Notes under the pieces: model-generated
Seen by the model: only the letters and a program-made list of their open reading frames with translations
The model's database searches: none
Told to the model about the DNA's origin: nothing
In this document: piece by piece, positions 55,525 through 64,000 of the stretch
Numbering within the stretch: the stretch's first letter is position 1
How the letters are laid out: every line of letters begins with the position of its first letter
Source of the DNA: Octopus vulgaris
Taxonomy: Eukaryota
Assembly: GCA_951406725.2 (NCBI GenBank)
Contig: OX597819.1
Coordinates: 51,212,001 to 51,276,000 of the forward strand
DNA: 64,000 nucleotides
Direction of reading: 5' to 3'
Program-made: the position numbers and the translations under genes

Positions 55525-55912
55525 TATTTATGTTTATCTTTTACCTGCTTCAGTCACTGTACTGCGGACATTTTGGTGCGCCTTTGAAGAATATTTAGTC
55601 GAATGAATAACAATACTTATATTTTCAAGCTTGGTACCTATTCTACCGGTCTCTTTTGTCGAACTGTTAAGTTACAAGGACGTACACAGATCAACACCGG
55701 TTGTCAGGCGATGGTGGGGAGAAACACATACACAAAGTCCCACACACAGACATAAGTATATATGACGGGCTTCTTTTCGTTTCCATCAGCCAAATCCACT
55801 CACAAATATTTGGTCGGTCTCGGGCTATAGGAAAAGACACATATGATAGACAGTACTGAATCCCAAATCATGTAGTTAGGAACCAATGTCCTTAACACGC
55901 TCTCCTGCACCT
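55525..55912 (-). mobile_element. Degenerate SINE family B
   Basis: GACGGGCTTCTTT, CCAAATCCACTCACAA, CCGGTCTCTTTTG.CGAAC. Confidence 0.8.
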
Positions 55913-55992
55913 GCATAGTCACGCTTGCGCCAACACCGCCACGCCTGTGTCGGCAGAGCCATACCTGTGCTTACGCAGCCACGCCTGTCCCT
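55893..55992 (-). repeat. Five 20 bp tandem units derived from the SINE B 5' end
   Basis: Units such as ACACCGCCACGCCTGTGTCG and ACGCAGCCACGCCTGTCCCT resemble ACACAGCCACTCCTGCGCCT at 58672-58691. Confidence 0.8.
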
Positions 55993-56193
55993 GCTGACAG
56001 AATTATGATCAAAGGTATCCCGACTCTGTAAAACTCGTCATTTTAAGATAATTTACTGTATTTCTGTCTTTTTGAAACCACAGTAACGTTTAAGTTCAGA
56101 GATATGAGGCTACTATTTCTAGCAGCCCCATTTTCCAACGTCGTGCTGCCTTCTTTTGATTAATTGTTACATAGGCTGGTTATTTTGTCGTTC

Positions 56194-56215
56194 TAGTAGT
56201 AGTAGTAGTAGTAGC

Positions 56216-56280
<65 letters not shown>

Positions 56281-56700
56281 CAGGAGGAGGAGGAGGAGGA
56301 GGAGTGAGGGGAGGGGAGGAGGAAGAGGAGATGAAGAGAAGGAGGGGAAGAGAAAGAGGAGGGGAGGAGGAAGGGGAAAAAGAGGAGAAATGGGAAAAGG
56401 AGGGGGAGGAGGAAGGGGAAAAAGACGAAGTGGAAAAGGAGAAGAAAGTAGAAAGAGAGGAGGAGGAAGTAAAGGAGTAGGTGGAGGTGGAGGATGGGGG
56501 ATAAGGAGGAAGTGGGGGAGGCGGAGGAATAAAGAAAGAGGAAGAAAAGGATGAAGGAAGGAGGAGGAAGAGTAGAATGCGGAAGGGGAGGGGGAGGTAC
56601 TGGTAGCAGTAGTAGTTGTATTTGTTGTTGTGTTTGCTGCTGCAGTGATTGTTGATTTTGTGGTTGTTGATGTTGTTGTTGTTGGTGGCGGTGGTGGTGT
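56194..56700. repeat. (TAG)n, GA-rich and (TTG/GTG) low-complexity tract
   Basis: Direct reading. Confidence 0.9.
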
Positions 56701-57203
56701 TGTGTCTTTGACTCTTCAACAAGTTTCAAACAGACAATCTGTTTACTCTAAACAATTCCGAACTTCAAATGCAATTATCTGCATCAATATTTATTCTTAG
56801 AAAGACTACGCAGAAACTCACAACTCAATAACAAGTTCACTACCACCACCACCGCCACCACCACCATCAACAACAACAACAACATGAAGAACAAGCTCAT
56901 ACATCCAATCATTCACACGTATTGGCACATATATTCACAGACACACGCTTACACACACAAAGGCACCCTTAGCGACACGCACACGAAGTATATATATATA
57001 CATAAACCAGTTGGGTACATACAGGTACATACATAGGTATATAGAATATAGAATATATATACAGACACGTGTGCGGAAATCGGTATTCAGAAGTGAACAT
57101 GCACATTTGCCTATGCATATATACATATATACAAATACATATGTACATATCTGTACTGATATGTACATATATGTATATACCTCTCTCTCTCTCTCTCCCT
57201 CTT

Positions 57204-57249
<46 letters not shown>

Positions 57250-57376
57250 AAGTTACCTGAAGTTTATTTTCTTTAAAAGCACGTTCAAACATAGTTTCCA
57301 ACCCACGTTCTCATTGCAGAACACATACGTTTATAAATGTACATATGTATATATATAAGTGTGTGTGCGTGTGAAT

Positions 57377-57435
<59 letters not shown>

Positions 57436-58186
57436 TATATATGTGTATATATATATATATACATATATATATACACATATATATATAGAGGTATATATAT
57501 ATATATAAGTGTGTGTGTATATATATATACATATATGTATATATATACACGCACATACACAGAGGCATGCATACAATCACACATACATGTTTGAATACAC
57601 TCACACATTCCAATACATGTACATGTGCGTCAGACAAAAAGTTCGTATGCATATATAGACGTCTAGATGTTGCCGCAAATACACAATCTGACACAAAATT
57701 CACACACACAGACACACACATACGTGTGTGTGTATGTGTATGAATATGTATGTGTATATACGCGCACACGCATGTTGGCGTGTGTACGTATGTATACATT
57801 CGAACACACCAGGTGTATTTCGGAAAGGGCCTAGTTAAGCAGACGTCCCTGCAATCGTATGATTTCCTATTTATTTTAGTATGTGGCATCTTGGGTAAGA
57901 GTGTTGTATTTCGTTATGGTTTGATGCAACCCTTGTGAGGAAAATTCGGGAGATGAATATATTTGAGGGAATTTTCTGTGATGAAGTAAGTCGGATATGT
58001 GTGTATAAGTGCGCCTGTACGCGCTTGCGTGTGGGTGTAATTTTCTAAGTTTCTTCTACGTGGTATGACAAAGTGGACAGCATCTCACTTTATAAACCAA
58101 ACCGCCGGAGTTATGCAAAGAAGAACAATCAGATGAGTTTCTTTCGCCTTTCCTTTTTCTGAGTCGCACTTCTACCACGTTTTAGT

Positions 58187-58691
<505 letters not shown>

Positions 58692-59049
58692 ACAACAAAA
58701 TACAAGCTAAAAAACAAAATTATCAGAAAATTCAGTCACTCATTCATCATGTGTGACAAGAAACTATTTACTGAGAATGATTAGGAGTTAGGAGAATTTT
58801 GTGTAATACTAACGCAGTTTAGCAATGATATAAGAAAGGAATTTGAGCTTGATAAGAGGGGAAAACTCACCCACGACATCATCCATCAGACTTGACCTAG
58901 ACATCATTATACAAGAAGCACTCATAAATATTTGTGCATAAACAAAGACGGCAGAATCCATCTCGTTCAAATGAAGAAAAAGTTGTAAAAAGACTGAATA
59001 GTAAGGCTAGTGCTAAAAACTGCGCTTAGCTCTAAAAATTGTGATAAAG

Positions 59050-59945
59050 TTACCAACACTTTAGCTGCATCTGAGGACAATATGGTTTCAGTGTCATCAT
59101 CTCGAATCTATCTGACAATGAGACTGTTTGGAAGAACGGTTAAATTTCTCACTACCGGCAAAATACCTCACTTTAAGGCAAACCTCAGCTATCTCTATTT
59201 GCAATGAAAATAAGGTGAAAGAGGACACGATTGACCTGCAAATATAATTAAACATAACCAAAGACTGAATAATGTTATTGGTAAAGACCACGAAAACAAG
59301 AATGGACAGCATTCTGCAACGAAACAGGTAGAGAAATGCTGAGGAAAACTAAGAATCAATAAGATAAAAATTGCAAATGGAGCTAACTTCAACTAAGGTT
59401 TCCAAAATCTACAGAATTGAAGTAGAGTCTGAGGGCCTTAAAACTTTGAAAAGTAAATGTCAACAAAATCTCTGCACGACCAACCACAAATTAATCAGTG
59501 GTCGTAATGCCCAGGGTTAAAAGACGAAACAAAGGGTTCATCCATGCTCCCCCAAGACCAGGACTTATGTACGAAAAAACACAATGCAAACGTTCTAGTC
59601 TCAAAATGCAGAATCTGTGACGAACAAGTTGAGACTATCGACCATATGCTTTCACAATATTCCATTTTGGCAAGAACTGAAAATAAAGTTAGGCATGGTC
59701 AAGTTGGCCAATATATTTACTAGACACAATGTAAATATTATGATGTAGACACAGGAAAAACTAGTATGAACACTATCCGCAATTAGTAATCGAAGTAAAA
59801 GAGACTTATCCGTCTCCACGGACTGCGCCATAAGCGTCAATCGACCCGTTAATATTGTTAAAGATTTTGAAAATAAAACATGACTATTCATTGATATGAT
59901 TACACCATCTGACAAAAATATATCTGCAAAAAAACATAACAAATT
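59050..59945 (+). pseudogene. Old R4/Dong LINE remnant 1
   Basis: Fragments KFLTTGKIPHFKANLSYLYL..GERG, GLKDETKG/APQDQ, SKCRICDEQVETIDH, RHGQVG, NRP and FIDMITP, with many stops and frameshifts. Confidence 0.7.
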
Positions 59946-59959
59946 TGCGAGAGGAAAGC

Positions 59960-60545
59960 GTTATTCATATAGTAAGTGAATGTAGCATGCTGGCACAGAA
60001 AGAATACAAGAAAAGACATGGCAATCTAGAGAGAGCAATCCACCGGGAACTTTGTAGAAATCTAGGATTTGAACATACTAATAAATAGTATGAACATGAA
60101 CCTAGTAAAGTACCAGAAGGTAAGAAGTACATTTTTGTGGGACTTTAACATTCAGATTGACAGAGTAATAGAAGCTAGAAGGCCTGATTTGGTAAAGATA
60201 ATAGAAAGTGCCAGATAATTGAATCTACAGTCCCAAATGATGAAAAATTTAATAGGCGAAGCTTAGAAAAAACTATCAAAGTATCAGGGCCTAACTATTG
60301 AATTACAGAGACTATGGAAAGTGCGGGTAAAATGTATCCCAGTAGTTATAGGTGCATTAGCAACTATCCCTGAAGATTTGTTCCAGATGGATAGAGAAAA
60401 CAGGCATAAAAGCCAGTTTAGTACAGCTGCAGAAAACAGTATTATTAGGGACAGCTAGGATACTTAGATGGGTTCTTGGCATCTACGGCAAATTCTTGTA
60501 GCCCGATGTTAGGATTCTTTCTTTTCCAACAGTCTAATCTGCCGA
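59960..60545 (+). pseudogene. R4/Dong LINE remnant 2 (RLE endonuclease region)
   Basis: HIVSECSMLAQKEYKKRHGNL..IHRELC, LWDFNIQIDRVIEARRPDLV, IELQRLWKV..IPVVIGAL, QLQKTVLLGTARILR. Confidence 0.85.
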
Positions 60546-60572
60546 GTGTATATGAATAATGATAATCCTTTA

Positions 60573-60653
<81 letters not shown>

Positions 60654-60658
60654 GAGCC

Positions 60659-61438
60659 ATGATAAAACGATGGCAAGAAAAGCCCCTTCATGGTAAATAC
60701 TGGACTAAACTAAACGCAAAAGAAATAGACAAAGAAAAATCCCAGCAATGGTTGAGAAGCTCAGGACTCAAAGCAGAAACAGAGGGATTTTTAATTGCAG
60801 CACAAGACCAAAGCCTCCCCACCAGAAATTACCAAAAACATGTAATGAAAAGAAATATTACAAGTAACTGCAGAATATGTGGAGATGGACAAGAAACAAT
60901 AAATCATATTATCTCTAGCTGCCCAGTCCTGGCTAAGAAGGAATATATTCACAGACATGACAGAGTTGGAACCTACATACATTGGAAGCTATGTCAACAT
61001 TATGGAATAACAACAGAAAAAAGATGGTATAGGCACACACCAGAAAAGGTCACAGAAAACGAGAAAGCAACCATACTCTGGGATATGCCGATACACACAG
61101 ATAGAGAAATTAAGGCCAACAGACCAGATATAGTTGTCAGAGATCATGAAGGAAAAAAATGCTTTCTAATTGATGTATCAATACCGGTAGATGACAACGT
61201 GTTTCTAAAAGAAATGGAGAAACTCTCAAAATACAAAGACCTGGAAATAGAGGTAACTAGAATGTGGAACCTGAAAACAGAAACAATTCCTATCATAGTA
61301 GGTGCATTAGGCATGATAAAAAAATATTCAGACAAATACATAACAAAAACACCAGGACTTACAAACACATATAACATACAGAAAATTGCACTACTAGGCA
61401 CTGCACACATCCTACGCAGAACACTTTCCATACAATAA
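60659..61438 (+). CDS. R4/Dong-clade LINE C-terminal region (CCHC zinc knuckle plus restriction-like endonuclease), 5'-truncated
   Basis: PLHGKY, ETEGFLIAAQDQ, CRICG...HIISSC, RHDRV, RPDIV, LIDVSIP, KLSKYKDL, IPIIVGALG. The element (~60652-61536) is flanked by (TAA)n on both sides, the known Dong target. Confidence 0.92.
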   Translation: MIKRWQEKPLHGKYWTKLNAKEIDKEKSQQWLRSSGLKAETEGFLIAAQDQSLPTRNYQKHVMKRNITSNCRICGDGQETINHIISSCPVLAKKEYIHRHDRVGTYIHWKLCQHYGITTEKRWYRHTPEKVTENEKATILWDMPIHTDREIKANRPDIVVRDHEGKKCFLIDVSIPVDDNVFLKEMEKLSKYKDLEIEVTRMWNLKTETIPIIVGALGMIKKYSDKYITKTPGLTNTYNIQKIALLGTAHILRRTLSIQ

Positions 61439-61532
61439 CCATCAGAGCATCACAATAAATCACAGCACATACCCAAGGCACACAGAGCTGCGCTCGGTAG
61501 TGAAGTGAAAGCACGCTATAAAAATAAAACTA

Positions 61533-61568
<36 letters not shown>

Positions 61569-61574
61569 CCTTTA

Positions 61575-61680
61575 GTAGTAATGGCACATGGCCTGAAATT
61601 TTTGGGGAAGGGACTAGTCGATTACATCGACCCCAGTGTTTTACTGGTACTTAAATTATCGACTCCGAAAGGGTGAAATA
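61575..61680 (-). mobile_element. SINE family A 3' fragment (tail variant 2)
   Basis: GGCACATGGCCTGAAATTTTTGGGG..GTCGATTACATCGACCCCAGT..CTGGTACTTA. Confidence 0.8.
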
Positions 61681-61689
61681 ATAATAGGG

Positions 61690-61984
<295 letters not shown>

Positions 61985-62324
61985 ATCCCTGATGTAGTTC
62001 TTCTGAAGTGTTCTAAAGAAAGAATTACAATGTTTTGGTAAGCATATAAATTCATGCCACATTATGACTTTTTTTCTGATGTGTCGACTGAAAAAGCGTG
62101 GCTATTTCCCAGCTGACAAAAGCTGAGATGCGGCATAGAAGACATTGCGTTTTTCAGTCAGAAGAAACCTTGTCCAATCTTATGTAAACAGTTGGATCTA
62201 TTGACAGAACTTCATTCTAAATCATAATATATGTATGTAGGTAGTTGTAGAAGTAGTGATTGAAATATATATACACAGCACGTATATATATATATATATA
62301 TATATTATATAGTCACAAGACTAT

Positions 62325-62391
<67 letters not shown>

Positions 62392-62524
62392 CATAAATAT
62401 GATGAGTGTGTGTTTGTGTGTGTGCATATGTATGCGTATAGGTATATATAGAGAGGGAGAAAACTACACATGCACAGAGAAACGCCATTCGCACATGCAC
62501 ACAAACAAATGTGTGTGTGTGTGT

Positions 62525-62625
<101 letters not shown>

Positions 62626-62816
62626 TGTGTATTTGTGGGAGTAAATAAGTGTTGGTGTATGTAAAATTCTCTGCCTAATAACATCTGCGATTTAACAGGA
62701 AACGATAAATAGTAAATATAAAATGGGAAACCAAAAGGTCTCCAAGAATCTGTAAATTATGAGCCATTGGAAAATATCGTAAGACACGAAATACACACTT
62801 ACTAAGTAACAGAAAT

Positions 62817-63722
62817 CATCATCATCATTGTTCGACCGTGGTCGAGACAATGGAATTTACCATGCTACGCCAGACTTCACGGTCCATCATGGCATTACGG
62901 AGGTCCTGTTGCTGGATGCCTGTATCCCTGGAGATTACATCAGGGTAGGAGAGTGTGCGCCCTCTGGTATTGCGAGTAGATGGCTTCCAGAGGAGAAGAG
63001 TAGAAATTACTTCTTTTTCAGCTCTACAACAATGTCCAGCAAACTGGACTCTCCTACCTTTCACAAGAGATGACACAGGTGGTAGTTTCCCATATATTTG
63101 CATTTTGGTTGGATGGCGCTTCCACGAGAGATTTTGAGCTCTCATAAGGAGGCGAGTGTAGGTTCCATCCAACCGCCTCTCAAGCTTCTTTGATAACGTC
63201 CAGGTTACTGAGCCATATAGTAGAATTGGTTCGACTGTGGCTTTGAATATTTCAAGTTTGAAGTCTCTACTTAGATTTGATGACCAGATCTTATGCATGT
63301 CATTACAGGCTGACCAGGCCATACCCTTTCTAGTTAGAAAGTCTTTTCCAGATGATGATATGTATGACCCAAGATATTTATAATCAGAAACCATATTTAA
63401 GGGCGCGTTGTTGAGAGTATGGATGATGCAATCACTGTTGGACAGGCACCTATTTATGTATTCAGTTTTGGCCTCATTGAGGTAAAGACCTACACAATTT
63501 GAGGCTTGTTCAAGAGATTGTAAAAGAGACTGGGCATTGGAGAGAGAATCACTGATGAGAGCGATGTCGTCAGCAAAGTCAGTGTCTGTCAAGTACTCAG
63601 CTGGGTGTCTGGAACTTCTTCTTGGTTTTATTTCAAAGCCCTTGCCAGAGATGGTATCAACTGACATACGTAGCACATAATGAACAACAATGATGAAAAA
63701 GGATCTCTCATTTCTTTTCATC
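62817..63722 (-). mobile_element. 5'-truncated RTE-clade LINE with intact RT C-terminal frame
   Basis: FIIVV.YVLR, TDFADDIAL, GLYLNEAKTE, YKYLGS, VEPILLYGSVTWTL; (GAT)n tail at the stop codon; candidate TSD AACAGAAAT at 62808-62816 and 63723-63731. Confidence 0.9.
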
Positions 63723-64000
63723 AACAGAAATGAGAGATCCTCATATCGCAAGAGAAACAAAAAGAAAAAATTCATCTTCAAAAATTAATACGACTTCAAC
63801 ATCAAACCCGATAAATATATTTAGATCCGCAGGCAGATATTTGCCAAAAAAACCCCCAAAAAAACACCTACAAGAATGGAACCGCAAAGCCCCGAACTAG
63901 ACACATCTTACATCTCCTATAGGTCAAACACATAGAGACAAATTAAAGAATCCTTTAATGAAAAGCATAATCAAACGTACTAATACATATCAGAACATAA

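Noticed and set aside
62720-64000. Flanks of the RTE as an older LINE C-terminus (RICKL*..DTKYTLTK..)
   Set aside because: A faint zinc-knuckle resemblance that needs several frameshifts; not supportable without a profile search.

Overview
AT-rich eukaryotic DNA that is very dense in microsatellites. I found no recognisable host gene or exon, so it is intergenic or deep-intronic. The SINE repertoire and repeat landscape suggest an octopod cephalopod (inference, not verified). Nearly all ORFs in the track are microsatellite artefacts. The real coding remnants are all transposons: a DD37D/maT-like element (7.6-8.8 kb), a mariner (27.3-28.0 kb), a Tc1 (48.1-50.8 kb) interrupted by a 5'-truncated CR1 LINE, three head-to-tail R4/Dong LINE 3' fragments next to (TAA)n (59-61.5 kb) and a 5'-truncated RTE LINE (62.8-63.7 kb). 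About 25 full or partial copies of two tRNA-derived SINE families, mariner and hAT MITEs, and RTE-dependent non-autonomous elements fill the rest. The most interesting signal is a set of short non-coding elements next to (TA)n tracts that carry minimal type I hammerhead ribozyme motifs (CUGACGA...GAAAC-AGCU-GUA). Their stems co-vary between copies and stem II is unusually long (25-120 nt) and unrelated in sequence. Also notable are a near-perfect ~240 bp inverted repeat, a highly structured ~230 nt orphan element, and a fold-back RTE 5' junction. Family assignments come from motif recognition by eye, structures were folded by eye, and coordinates of degenerate elements are approximate.
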